From NCBI GenBank assembly GCA_963703315.1, contig OY969811.1:1568001-1632000 (forward strand): DNA of 64,000 bases. Reading direction: 5' to 3'. Positions 20,262 through 29,698 of the stretch are shown here, piece after piece (the first letter of the stretch is position 1; every line of letters starts with the position of its first letter). The translations under genes and the position numbers were made by a program. This DNA is from an uncultured cyanobacterium (GTDB lineage: Bacteria > Cyanobacteriota > Cyanobacteriia > Pseudanabaenales > Pseudanabaenaceae). The notes under the pieces were generated by a model. It did not search any database, was not told where the DNA came from, and was given only the letters and a program-made list of their open reading frames with translations.

Positions 20262-21092
20262 TCATAGTCTAGGAGGTGCTGAATCAGAAATCTCTGGTGG
20301 TCGGTTCTGATTCATGTTGTGAAGCGTGACAGGATCTGACCCACGAAATCCAATGAGACGATATTTCTTTGTGTAGGTGGGTGCAATCTCTGGGGCTTCT
20401 ACCCATTCATTGGTAGCCACAAAATCTTGTGAAGAATTTCCGCTTAAGCCTGTGCCAACAGGCTTAGACCGACTTGCACCAGCAGCCGATTTAGAATCTT
20501 CCTCTCTAGCCTGAGATGATGCAGGAGCATTTGGAGTTTTAGGTAAAGTATTTAGCGCGATCGCATCTCTACGTTTGATTGGCATAAACTTTACTTCGAT
20601 TAAACCTAGATCAGGGTTATTGACTCCGCCATTTTGATCTAGTCCAAGATTACCTTCTTCTAAAACGATAAATTGTTTGGCGATCGCGTATGGTCTTTCT
20701 AAGGTGACAGAGCGATCGCAGATCAATCCATCAATAATCGAGACACCATCGATTTTGACGCTAACCGCACTGGCATAGCTAGGCGAGTTAATTTCAATTT
20801 TATAGGTTTCGCGAATACCGACATTGATATAGCCTCTGGCATCGGCTCGGCGAATATTCCCATTTTGATTAATGGCGATCGATACAGGCGAATTTTGAGA
20901 AGTATAAGTTATTGAAGGCACAGAGGCTAGAGTCTCTGGATTACCTGTGTTGTTTCTATTCTCGATCTTCTCATCACTTACACGATTGGAAATCGCTGAT
21001 GAGTTATTCCCACGAGCATAACCAACAATAAAAATACCACCAACCAATACAGAACAAATTGCCAAGATTCGCAGCTTTGATGAGGTAAACAT
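20262..21092 (-). CDS. Hypothetical exported or membrane-anchored protein
   Basis: 276-aa ORF with an N-terminal hydrophobic segment. Confidence 0.65.
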   Translation of the reverse strand: MFTSSKLRILAICSVLVGGIFIVGYARGNNSSAISNRVSDEKIENRNNTGNPETLASVPSITYTSQNSPVSIAINQNGNIRRADARGYINVGIRETYKIEINSPSYASAVSVKIDGVSIIDGLICDRSVTLERPYAIAKQFIVLEEGNLGLDQNGGVNNPDLGLIEVKFMPIKRRDAIALNTLPKTPNAPASSQAREEDSKSAAGASRSKPVGTGLSGNSSQDFVATNEWVEAPEIAPTYTKKYRLIGFRGSDPVTLHNMNQNRPPEISDSAPPRL

Positions 21093-21180
21093 ATAAGAAG
21101 CCTCAGATTTCGATTACCTTTAATTTACGCTAATTAGCCTTGAGATCTTTCGTGGTTACAAATTTAGTAACGAAATAGCT

Positions 21181-21283
21181 AAGTTGCTAGGTGCAATTAA
21201 ATATAAAACCCCAAAAGCTGTGGCGCACGCGCAGTGTGCGCCACAGCTTTTGGCTCTGTTTTTTAATTATGCCCCACTACTTA
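21181..21283. repeat. Palindromic MITE/REPIN-like element related to 36565-36668
   Basis: aagttgctagg...caaaagctgtggcgcac-gcgca-gtgtgcgccacagcttttg...aattatgccccactactta. Confidence 0.6.
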
Positions 21284-21856
21284 TGGATTAACTTCCTGCT
21301 CTGTCCAGTTGCCTTGCTCGTCCCGTATATATATCCAGCGATTTTGAGGTGTACCGCGCAGTTCAAGGCGATCGACTTCGACAGGTTCTAGCAATAGCAA
21401 GCAAAAATAAGGCAAAGGTTGATCGGCACTCGGTGGAGCGACTTCAGGAAAATCAATACGTGGTTCTCTGGGATGCGCCCATGCAAATTGCAGCCACGCA
21501 GGTTCTGATAATGCTTGCCATGCAGACTTTCGGGCAGATTGCAACTCTAAATCTGGACATTCCTGATCAATTAACGTGAGTTTGCCTAAAATCCGAAATT
21601 GCGATCGCGTTTTTGGAAAATACCAACTTATTTCCGCCCAAGGATTTGCTGCAATTTGAGCCGCTTTTTGACTACGAATATCCGTAACGATTTTGAGACA
21701 ATCTTGGTAGCGATCGCTATTTTCTAAAAATCCTCTAAATACAACTGTGCGATTGCGAGGACGATGATCTAAACCAATTGTGGCTAATTGAAAAAACCTT
21801 GCTTCGGGTTGATTACGGTGCTGATGTAAACTTCGAGCTAGATGCGATCGCCACAT
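21281..21856 (-). CDS. FMN-binding pyridoxamine 5'-phosphate oxidase-related protein
   Basis: QLATI, PRNRTVVFRGF, TDIRSQK, QFRI, C-terminal VNP. Confidence 0.88.
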   Translation of the reverse strand: MWRSHLARSLHQHRNQPEARFFQLATIGLDHRPRNRTVVFRGFLENSDRYQDCLKIVTDIRSQKAAQIAANPWAEISWYFPKTRSQFRILGKLTLIDQECPDLELQSARKSAWQALSEPAWLQFAWAHPREPRIDFPEVAPPSADQPLPYFCLLLLEPVEVDRLELRGTPQNRWIYIRDEQGNWTEQEVNP

Positions 21857-21912
21857 AAAACCATTTAGAATAGAACTGTGCTTAGCACAGTTCTATTCTA
21901 AATGGTTTTATG
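21854..21912. repeat. 59-bp perfect palindrome forming the entire divergent intergenic region, including both start codons
   Basis: cataaaaccatttagaatagaactgtgc-tta-gcacagttctattctaaatggttttatg. Confidence 0.92.
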
Positions 21913-23961
21913 GCGAATTTGTGGATTGAGGGTGGTAGTCGTAGTGGCAAGACTGAACGAGTGGTTCAGCAGTTTTGTGACTGGGCAGAAACTGACTTTG
22001 CCAAAAAAGCTAATCCTCAAGCAGCTTCCCAAAAGGTTTTAGTTTTAACCGTTGATTCTGAGCAAAGACGCAAACTGAGCGATCACCTGATTGTCACCAC
22101 GCATGGGCGCTATCCTGTCACTGCGGTTACACCCTTGAGCTTTTTTCGCGATGAAGTGCGTTTATTTTGGACATTATTAGTCAAAAACCTTAACTTAAAG
22201 GCTCAGTTTCCTCTGCTTCTAAGAGTTGAAAATGAGCAGGAACTCACCAATCAAGTCTGGAAAGATCGCCTTGAAATGGGAACTCTGCAAAGGTCGGGAA
22301 TTGGACAGGAAAGGCTGGTACGCAGATTGTTAGATTTATTTTTGTTAGCCGCCTATAGTGGTCGAGAGATTACCGAAATTCCGACAATTCTCAATGCAGG
22401 TATTGAAACTAATCCCTTAGAATCTGCTCTTGATAATGGAGAACAAAATTCTCTATCCACAAGTTCCGTATTAGAGCAATGGCAAGAAATCGGGGAAGCT
22501 TTGCAAGAATGGCGGGACTATTGCTGGGAAAGAGGCTTGCTGACCTATGGCATTATTACCGATTTATTTGCCCATCATTTACTTCCAAATCTTCAATATC
22601 AACGAAGACTCAAGCAACGATTTCAATATATGATCGTTGACCGTGCCGATGAAATGCCAGCGATCACTTGTGATTTGTGCAAGTTTCTATTACAAAATGG
22701 CGCTCAAGGAATGGTTACGTTTAATCCTGATGGATCGGCAAGACTAGGACTAGGTGGTGATCCTGAATATTGGCAAGAAATTAAATCTGAATGTGAAGTA
22801 ATCAAGTTACCCCATGCCCAAAACACGTTAGGCGATGAAATTGGAGCATCAGTTTTAGAAGTTGTCCGCGAACCAATTTTACAGTTTATCGAACCCTATC
22901 CACAGGTTTATGCGATTGAATCAGTTTCTCGCGCCAAACTGTTCCGTAATGTTGCGGAAACGATCGCCTCAGCGATCGCTTCAGGTGAGATAAAAGCCAA
23001 CGAAATCGCCATTATTGCCCCCGGATTAGATAACATCGCCAAATATGCGATCGCCGAAATTCTCCGTAAAAAAGAAATCAATGTTAATCCCCTTAACGAT
23101 CAACGCCCCTTATCCTATTCTGCCCAAGTGCGATCGCTGCTTACTCTGATCACATTGGTCTATCCCAATCTTGGTAAATTAGTAAGTCGCGATCACATTG
23201 CCGAAATGTTGGTTGTGCTGATCGAGGCGATCGATCCAGTTCGGGCAGGAATGCTAGCTGACTATTGCTTTGCACCACATCCAGAGCATCCACAACTACT
23301 AGCATCAGAAACCTATAACCAATGGAATCGCCTCGGTTATGAAGCAACACAAGCCTATGCTCAATTACGAAAATGGATTGAACAACAATCACCTAAAGAC
23401 ACACCACTTCTATTCATAGATCGGGCAATTCAAGCCTTTTTTAAACCCCGTAAACTCAGCTATGAAAGTACTTCCACCTTACAATCATTAATCGAAACTG
23501 CTCAATATTATTGGCAGCTTGGCTATCGCCTCGATCAAGAAGATCCCATTATTCTCGAAAATTTTATTCAACTGATTCGACAAGGCACTGTCACTGCTAA
23601 TCCTTATGCCCCCAATCTCCCCCAAGATAGCGTTGTCCTTGCTACGATCTTCCAATACCGCATGGCAAGACTTTCCCACCGTTGGCAATTTTGGCTAGAT
23701 GCTAGTTCTGACCTTTGGCTACAGGGTGGAGCCGCATCTCTATTTGGTGCGCCACTCTTTCTCAAAGGTTGGCATGGAAAACTATGGACGACTGAGGATC
23801 AAAGCAAAGCCGATATGCAACGCTTAGAGAAGTTAATCAGAGATTTGCTCGATCGCACTGATGAGCGTCTATATCTCTGTCACAGCGAACTTAGTACTAA
23901 TGGTCAAATCCAAAATGGAGTCTTGAGTCCATTAATTGAGGTTAGTAGCACAAATTCATGA
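21910..23961 (+). CDS. Cyanobacterial P-loop protein, degenerate UvrD/AddB-like
   Basis: N-terminal EGGSRSGKT Walker A-like motif, IVDRADE Walker B-like motif, EIAIIAP. Confidence 0.7.
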   Translation: MANLWIEGGSRSGKTERVVQQFCDWAETDFAKKANPQAASQKVLVLTVDSEQRRKLSDHLIVTTHGRYPVTAVTPLSFFRDEVRLFWTLLVKNLNLKAQFPLLLRVENEQELTNQVWKDRLEMGTLQRSGIGQERLVRRLLDLFLLAAYSGREITEIPTILNAGIETNPLESALDNGEQNSLSTSSVLEQWQEIGEALQEWRDYCWERGLLTYGIITDLFAHHLLPNLQYQRRLKQRFQYMIVDRADEMPAITCDLCKFLLQNGAQGMVTFNPDGSARLGLGGDPEYWQEIKSECEVIKLPHAQNTLGDEIGASVLEVVREPILQFIEPYPQVYAIESVSRAKLFRNVAETIASAIASGEIKANEIAIIAPGLDNIAKYAIAEILRKKEINVNPLNDQRPLSYSAQVRSLLTLITLVYPNLGKLVSRDHIAEMLVVLIEAIDPVRAGMLADYCFAPHPEHPQLLASETYNQWNRLGYEATQAYAQLRKWIEQQSPKDTPLLFIDRAIQAFFKPRKLSYESTSTLQSLIETAQYYWQLGYRLDQEDPIILENFIQLIRQGTVTANPYAPNLPQDSVVLATIFQYRMARLSHRWQFWLDASSDLWLQGGAASLFGAPLFLKGWHGKLWTTEDQSKADMQRLEKLIRDLLDRTDERLYLCHSELSTNGQIQNGVLSPLIEVSSTNS

Positions 23962-23967
23962 AAAAAG

Positions 23968-24198
23968 ATGCATTTTGGAAGCCCGAATGCTCGCTATTTA
24001 AAAAAGGCGATTAAGTCAGCCGATCGGGTTGTTGTTGCTTGGGGAAATAACGGGAAGTTAATGCAACGCGATCGCCTTGTTTTAGAGTTGCTATCTAAAC
24101 AAAATATTCAACCTCACTGTTTAGGAATCACAAAATCAGGCTATTCGCGTCATTCGCTATACATTCTGTGTAGTAAGCAATTGAGGGTTTGCAGGTGA
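23968..24198 (+). pseudogene. C-terminal fragment of a DUF1643-family protein
   Basis: VVVAWGNNG and CLGITKSG-SRHSLY resemble the DUF1643 C-terminus; N-terminal half missing. Confidence 0.65.
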
Positions 24199-24287
24199 TT
24201 TGCTAAACGAAACTCACTCCATGCTTCATAACACAAAATTTCATTTATACTAGGGTTTGGGATCAATATGTATCGTAGTAATCTAGT

Positions 24288-26402
24288 ATGCATTTCAAAT
24301 TTTCTCCAAGTATCCTTAGCAGACTAGGAGAAGAACTAATTCCTAATCCTGATCAGGGTATTTTGGAGCTAGTCAAAAACTCTTATGATGCAGATGCTAC
24401 AGTGTGTGAGATCGAGTTACTAAATACCGAGGAGATCGGTGGCAGTATTGTGATCTCCGATAACGGTATGGGGATGGATCTTGAAACTCTTCAAAGTGGC
24501 TGGTTAGTTATTGGAAAATCTGAAAAAGAGGCGGCTAGTGATCGCACATCTCTTAATAGATTGAGAGTAGGATCTAAAGGTTTAGGGAGGCTTGCCGCAT
24601 TACGACTAGGAACTCATGTAGAACTCACCACACGACCAAAAAGTGAATCAAACATAGAATATTCCGTTAGTATGTGCTGGGATGATTTTAACAATGTTGA
24701 TTCTGTGGAAAAAGTAATTTTTTCTCCCACAACTAAGCCAACAGAGTGTAGACATGGAACAAAAATTGTAGTTAGTAATTTGAACGTAAAAATAGGTAAG
24801 CGAGAGGTTAATAGACTTGCAAGAGAGTTATTACTACTAGCCGATCCTTTTGACACTAACACATCGTTTCGACCTAAGTTAATTGGAACTGGATTTACGG
24901 ACTTAGAAAAGCAAGTCAATGAACAATTTTTTGAAGATGCCGAATTCTTTCTTAAAGCATCTCTTGACAAGAATGGATATGCTTCTGCTCAGTTAGTGGA
25001 TTGGAAAGGTTCTACTGTCGCTATAGCTTCACATTCTGATATTAGTAAATATCGACAACAATTAGATATAAATGAGGGATTACCAGATGGAACAAATTTA
25101 TCTATGGATAGTCCTTATCAAAACTCTGTACCTGCTAACTTTGAACTGTGGATTTTTCAACTTAATCCACAAAGCTTTTCCACTAAAAATCGTGAAGATA
25201 ATTCTCGGCAAATCCGCAGATGGTTGGCAGAAGTTGGTGGTGTACATCTGTATCATCGAGGATTGAGAGTTGCTCCTTATGGAGATAAGGGTGATGATTG
25301 GCTAAAAATCAATTTGTCGAGATCTCGGAATCCTCAAGTCCGCCCTTCAACAAGCACCGTCATTGGTAGGGTTATTGCAGAAGATGCAAATAGTCTCTTG
25401 TTACAAAAAACAAATCGTCTGGGATTTCTAGAAAATGAAACTTTTCTTAATCTGCAACAATTTGCAATGAATACACTTGAATGGATTGCAAATTTTCGTT
25501 TGCAAACAGTAGAAGTAAAACAGGAACAGGTAAAAAGACAAATAAAACCTAAGATTGCTGAAGCTAAGAAAAACATAGAAGATATTATTACTACTTATAT
25601 TCCAGAACCAAAACCTAGAGAAAAAACACTATTAGCAGTAGAAGATTATGACAAGGTCAGAGAAGAAGAGGTGGAAGTCTTAAATGTTGAACTACAACTA
25701 TATCGTAGCTTAGCAACAGCAGGGACTACTGCTGCTATCTTTGCTCATGAATCTGGCAGAGAAATTAACACCTTAAAAGGTCAAGTTGGTATTTTAAATG
25801 CAAAAATGCAGAAATATGTAGAAACCGAAATATATCTCAAGTATTTTGCAAAAACCTTTACAAATATTCAAAAACTAGCTGGTTCGGTTCAAGGCTTTGC
25901 TAAATATCCAATTTATCTATTAAAAAAAGAAAAGCGATCACAAGGAAAAGTTGAAATACATCAAGTGATAAATGATGTAATCAGCTTGTTTGATCCTTTT
26001 CTCGAAAGTTCTAATACTACTATTGAGTTAGATAGAGTAAATGCTGAACTTAATTTGCGAGGAAGTACGGCTCTCGTAGAGGCAATTTTAATTAATCTAA
26101 TTACTAATGCAATTAATGCTTTTAATACTAAAGATGCACCTATTCAAAATCGCAAGATTGTAATCCGAACTGAATCAAATGAAGACTTTATTTGGCTAAG
26201 AGTTATGGATAATGCTTTGGGTATTCAAGGGCTTACAATAGATGAAATCTGGCTGGCTGGCAAAACCACCACGAGATCGGGTACTGGGTTAGGATTGAAA
26301 ATAGCAAAAGACTCAGTTATAGATTTGGGAGGACAAATTAGTGCCGTTGCCAATGGTCAACTAGGTGGGGCAGAGTTTATCGTTCAGTTACCTTTAAAGT
26401 AG
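24288..26402 (+). CDS. MORC/MutL-like GHKL ATPase fused to a C-terminal histidine kinase
   Basis: N-terminal ELVKNSYDA, DNGMGM, GSKGLGRLA, GTKI; C-terminal H-box FAHE, N-box NLITNAINA, DNALG, GTGLGL. Confidence 0.88.
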   Translation: MHFKFSPSILSRLGEELIPNPDQGILELVKNSYDADATVCEIELLNTEEIGGSIVISDNGMGMDLETLQSGWLVIGKSEKEAASDRTSLNRLRVGSKGLGRLAALRLGTHVELTTRPKSESNIEYSVSMCWDDFNNVDSVEKVIFSPTTKPTECRHGTKIVVSNLNVKIGKREVNRLARELLLLADPFDTNTSFRPKLIGTGFTDLEKQVNEQFFEDAEFFLKASLDKNGYASAQLVDWKGSTVAIASHSDISKYRQQLDINEGLPDGTNLSMDSPYQNSVPANFELWIFQLNPQSFSTKNREDNSRQIRRWLAEVGGVHLYHRGLRVAPYGDKGDDWLKINLSRSRNPQVRPSTSTVIGRVIAEDANSLLLQKTNRLGFLENETFLNLQQFAMNTLEWIANFRLQTVEVKQEQVKRQIKPKIAEAKKNIEDIITTYIPEPKPREKTLLAVEDYDKVREEEVEVLNVELQLYRSLATAGTTAAIFAHESGREINTLKGQVGILNAKMQKYVETEIYLKYFAKTFTNIQKLAGSVQGFAKYPIYLLKKEKRSQGKVEIHQVINDVISLFDPFLESSNTTIELDRVNAELNLRGSTALVEAILINLITNAINAFNTKDAPIQNRKIVIRTESNEDFIWLRVMDNALGIQGLTIDEIWLAGKTTTRSGTGLGLKIAKDSVIDLGGQISAVANGQLGGAEFIVQLPLK

Positions 26403-26412
26403 GATAATTTAT

Positions 26413-27132
26413 ATGCAAATTCAGCAAATTCGTAAAGTCGCGATCGTAGATGACACACAGAGTGCTAGGGAAGAGCTAGCTGAAACTCTTGAAATAGTCG
26501 GGTTTGAACCTTTTATAGTTGAAAATTCTTGGACTGAAATTAATTCTTTAGTAGAACATATCCAAGCAAATTCTCAGGCGGTTATTTGCGATCATCGGCT
26601 TTCTGATAGTGGGTTAGCTTCATTTACAGGGGCTGAATTAATGCCTTCACTTTATAAAAACAAATTTCCATTTCTCCTAATAACTCAATACACTGATCAG
26701 GATATTAATGATTCTATTCGTAAATATAGAGATAAAATTCCTATCGTCTTGAAACGAGAGGAGCTAATTGATTTATATGATATAAATACTATTGGTAATA
26801 AAATCAAAAAAGGACTTGAAACTTGTTCTCAAGAGTTTCAAAATATCATGTCGTCAACACGCCGACCTCATAGAACGTTTATCCATATCGTTAACATTAA
26901 TAATGGTCTTGTAGAGGCATTTGTTCCAAGCTGGAATCCTTACCATGCAGTGAGCTTCCCACTATCACTAATATCAGAAGAGTTTTCCTCTAATATAGAG
27001 TCTCGTCTTAAACAAAAAGAAGATACTTGGTTAATTGCTTGCGTTAATACAGGAGCAGAAAAAGCAGATGACCTTTACTTTACAAAATTTGAAGTCGCAC
27101 CAGAGTTAGATGAAAATGATGGACTTGCCTAG
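26413..27132 (+). CDS. Response regulator receiver protein with an uncharacterised C-terminal domain
   Basis: VAIVDD, ICDH (putative phospho-Asp), LIT; 10 bp after the kinase stop. Confidence 0.8.
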   Translation: MQIQQIRKVAIVDDTQSAREELAETLEIVGFEPFIVENSWTEINSLVEHIQANSQAVICDHRLSDSGLASFTGAELMPSLYKNKFPFLLITQYTDQDINDSIRKYRDKIPIVLKREELIDLYDINTIGNKIKKGLETCSQEFQNIMSSTRRPHRTFIHIVNINNGLVEAFVPSWNPYHAVSFPLSLISEEFSSNIESRLKQKEDTWLIACVNTGAEKADDLYFTKFEVAPELDENDGLA

Positions 27133-28108
27133 ATTAATAGTTTTAGATGTCGCTCATGGTAACTGCTCAATTCTTCAGGATACCGAAGGTACTATTGTCA
27201 TTGACTGCGCTCATGGTGATACGTTGATTGAAACCCTTCGGCATCTTAAGATTTCGCAAGTTGATCGCATCATGATTTCTCATGCCGATCAAGATCACTT
27301 CAAGGGATTTATCGATTTACTTGCAGATGAATCAATAACCGTAAAATATGTTCATCTCAATCCTGACCCAAAGAAAGAAACTCTGGTTTTTAGAGCTTTA
27401 CGTCGAGCCATTGGAGAGGCAAAGGAACGGAATGGTACAACTCATGAATTACTACATACAGGAATGATGGGTAAACTAGATATTGGAGAAGTTAGGATTG
27501 AAATTCTCTCTCCAAGTATAGATATCATGGGCTATTCAGGTGGTCAAGATTTACAAGGAAGAAACTTAACATCTAATTCTGTGTCAGCAGTTATTCGGCT
27601 TGTTTATAAATCTCGCGGAGTAGCACTTCTTGCAGGAGATATTGATCAGGTAGGTTTAGATAATTTACTCAATAATAGATATGAAGTTGAATCTGACATT
27701 CTTGTTTTCCCTCATCATGGAGGTAATACAGGTACAGGTAAAAGCACAGAAAACCATGAATTTACTATCAAATTGTGCCAACAAGTAAAACCAAATTTAG
27801 TGATCTTCTCAACTGGTAGAAGGGATAAAGAACCACATTATCCTCGCCAAGAAATTGTACAATCTTTACTTGCTATACTTCCCGATGTACATATTATGTG
27901 TACTCAGCTTGCTAAAACTTGCTCTGCCGAGATATTAACAATTCCTGCTCACTTAAACAAACTTCCATCAAGAGGGCAAGACGATAATCACTGCTGTGGT
28001 GGAACAGTTGTCATCAATTTAAGTGAAACTGAAACAACTTATGCTCCAAACAGTGATCATCGTCAATTTGTCAAAGAAAATATAGTTTCTGCTTTGTGTA
28101 TGCGTTGA
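27110..28108 (+). CDS. ComEC/Rec2-like metallo-beta-lactamase-fold hydrolase (putative nuclease)
   Basis: DVAHGN, ID, SHADQDH, LLAGD, FPHHG, HYP; overlaps the receiver gene. Confidence 0.88.
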   Translation: MKMMDLPRLIVLDVAHGNCSILQDTEGTIVIDCAHGDTLIETLRHLKISQVDRIMISHADQDHFKGFIDLLADESITVKYVHLNPDPKKETLVFRALRRAIGEAKERNGTTHELLHTGMMGKLDIGEVRIEILSPSIDIMGYSGGQDLQGRNLTSNSVSAVIRLVYKSRGVALLAGDIDQVGLDNLLNNRYEVESDILVFPHHGGNTGTGKSTENHEFTIKLCQQVKPNLVIFSTGRRDKEPHYPRQEIVQSLLAILPDVHIMCTQLAKTCSAEILTIPAHLNKLPSRGQDDNHCCGGTVVINLSETETTYAPNSDHRQFVKENIVSALCMR

Positions 28109-28131
28109 GAACAGCGATCGCATTTAAGAGC

Positions 28132-28308
28132 AACGGCAAACCCTCCCTAGAATGAATTATGGAACGCGATCGCCTCACCCGCGACAAACATAAAACATAG
28201 CGGAATTACCAACAATCCCAACGACCAATCAAGCGATCGCGCTACATCCTCGACCTCGTTAAGTGCGAGTCGGTTAAAATCGTGAATACCTTACCACCAT
28301 TACAGGAG
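28132..28308 (+). pseudogene. Repeat copy 1: degraded 3' end of a type ISP restriction-modification gene
   Basis: Across frames translates NGKPSLE*IMER-RLTRDK / SGITNNPND / RYILDLVK / ESVKIVNTLPPL. Confidence 0.75.
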
Positions 28309-28320
28309 AACAGACACACC

Positions 28321-28542
28321 ATGCTTAAACCGATCACCCTTCAAGTCGAAGCCCCCATCGCCGAGGCATATCAAAATATAACCCCAGAAAATCGTCAAGC
28401 CTTGCAAACACTTGTCAGCATCTTTTTACAATGTATTTCCCCACCAACCCCACTACAAAAAGTAGTCCAAGAGATTCGTTTAGAAGCACAACAAAATGGA
28501 CTTACTCCCGAAATCTTAGAGGAAATCCTCAAGGATGACTAA
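28321..28542 (+). CDS. Putative antitoxin
   Basis: Small ORF ending GLTPEILEEIL, overlapping the downstream PIN gene; ATG at 28321. Confidence 0.75.
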   Translation: MLKPITLQVEAPIAEAYQNITPENRQALQTLVSIFLQCISPPTPLQKVVQEIRLEAQQNGLTPEILEEILKDD

Positions 28543-28966
28543 ACTAAGATTAGTAATCGATACCAACATCTTGATCAGTGGCTTAATGTCTGTAAATTCT
28601 TTGCCCCAGCAGGTTTTCGACTATGCCACATCTCAAGCAATACTCCTGATATCAGATGAAGTTCAATCAGAAATAGAAAACGTCATCAGCCGCCCAAAAC
28701 TCCAAAAATACATCACCTTAGAAAGACGTACTACATTTTTAAGTGAGTTAAGTCAGCAGGTCGAAAGAGTCACAATCAACCAGCAAATTCGAGCCTGTCG
28801 AGATCCCAAAGATGACAAGTTCCTAGAGTTAGCTGTCTGCGGTGAAGCTAACTACATCATTACAGGCGATGCCGATCTTTTAGATTTACATCCATTCCAA
28901 AATATTTCTATCCTTAAAGCCGCTAGTTTTTTAACTGCGATCGCGCTACATCCTCGACCTCGTTAA
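28535..28966 (+). CDS. PIN-family toxin
   Basis: VIDTN, CRDPKDDKFLELA, ITGDADLL; C-terminus runs into repeat copy 2. Confidence 0.9.
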   Translation: MTKLRLVIDTNILISGLMSVNSLPQQVFDYATSQAILLISDEVQSEIENVISRPKLQKYITLERRTTFLSELSQQVERVTINQQIRACRDPKDDKFLELAVCGEANYIITGDADLLDLHPFQNISILKAASFLTAIALHPRPR

Positions 28967-29037
28967 GTGCGATCGCGAGTGTCAGCATCGAGTCAGTTAA
29001 AATAATTAATAGCTTGCCCCCATTGCAGAAAAAGTAA
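28937..29037 (+). repeat. Repeat copy 2: type ISP 3'-end remnant
   Basis: gcgatcgcgctacatcctcgacctcgttaagtgcgatcgc...; encodes RYILDLVK / IASVSIESVKIINSLPPLQKK*. Confidence 0.85.
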
Positions 29038-29080
29038 ACTCAACCTTGCATAATCTAGAATTTATTTGAGGTAAACCATT

Positions 29081-29395
29081 ATGTTGCAACTAGAAATCAA
29101 ATCCGATGCACCCGATCTCGAAATCGTCCAAAACCTAGTCAGAGCCGCGATTGATGCAGAAATCAAAAACTTACAGCGATCGCTAGATAAAACTAATAAA
29201 TTTTTAAAAGAATTTGAAACCAAATATCAAATCTCCTCCGACCTTTTTCTCAGTGATTGGACTGCTGAAGACCTCAAAGGTGGTGACGAAGAATATGTGA
29301 GTTGGGCAGGTGAAGCCAAAATCAAGAAGAGACTAACTAGTTCTCTACAAAAGTTACAAGCGATCGAATATGTTACTCAACAACTATCAATCTAA
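29081..29395 (+). CDS. Putative antitoxin-like small protein
   Basis: FETKYQISS...EEYVSWAGE pattern; overlaps the downstream toxin-like remnant. Confidence 0.6.
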   Translation: MLQLEIKSDAPDLEIVQNLVRAAIDAEIKNLQRSLDKTNKFLKEFETKYQISSDLFLSDWTAEDLKGGDEEYVSWAGEAKIKKRLTSSLQKLQAIEYVTQQLSI

Positions 29396-29559
29396 CATCA
29401 TCTCCATTATTCAAAAATATGTAAATGATGGATGGATTCTATCCTTTAACTTTTCTGTTGATCCTAGATCATAAACATATCAAAGATAAAATCATTTCCT
29501 CTGAAATTCCAGATATTGAGCAAGTGATCCTAGAAATTATTACCGATTATTTAAGTTAA
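29370..29559 (+). pseudogene. Internally deleted DUF6516/TumE-like toxin gene
   Basis: MLLNNYQS...FSVDPRS* joined out of frame to HKHIKDKIISSEIPDIEQVILEI. Confidence 0.55.
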
Positions 29560-29564
29560 ATCCC

Positions 29565-29698
29565 TTATAGAAAGCGATCGCCTCACCCGTGATAAAGATC
29601 GCACTACATCCTCGACCTCGTTAAGTGCGATCGTCCGCGTAAGTGTCGAGTCCGTTAAAATTGTGAATAGCTTGCCACCATTGAATGAACGCATATAA
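29565..29698 (+). repeat. Repeat copy 3: type ISP 3'-end remnant
   Basis: Encodes DRLTRDKD / YILDLVK / IVRVSVESVKIVNSLPPLNERI*. Confidence 0.85.
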
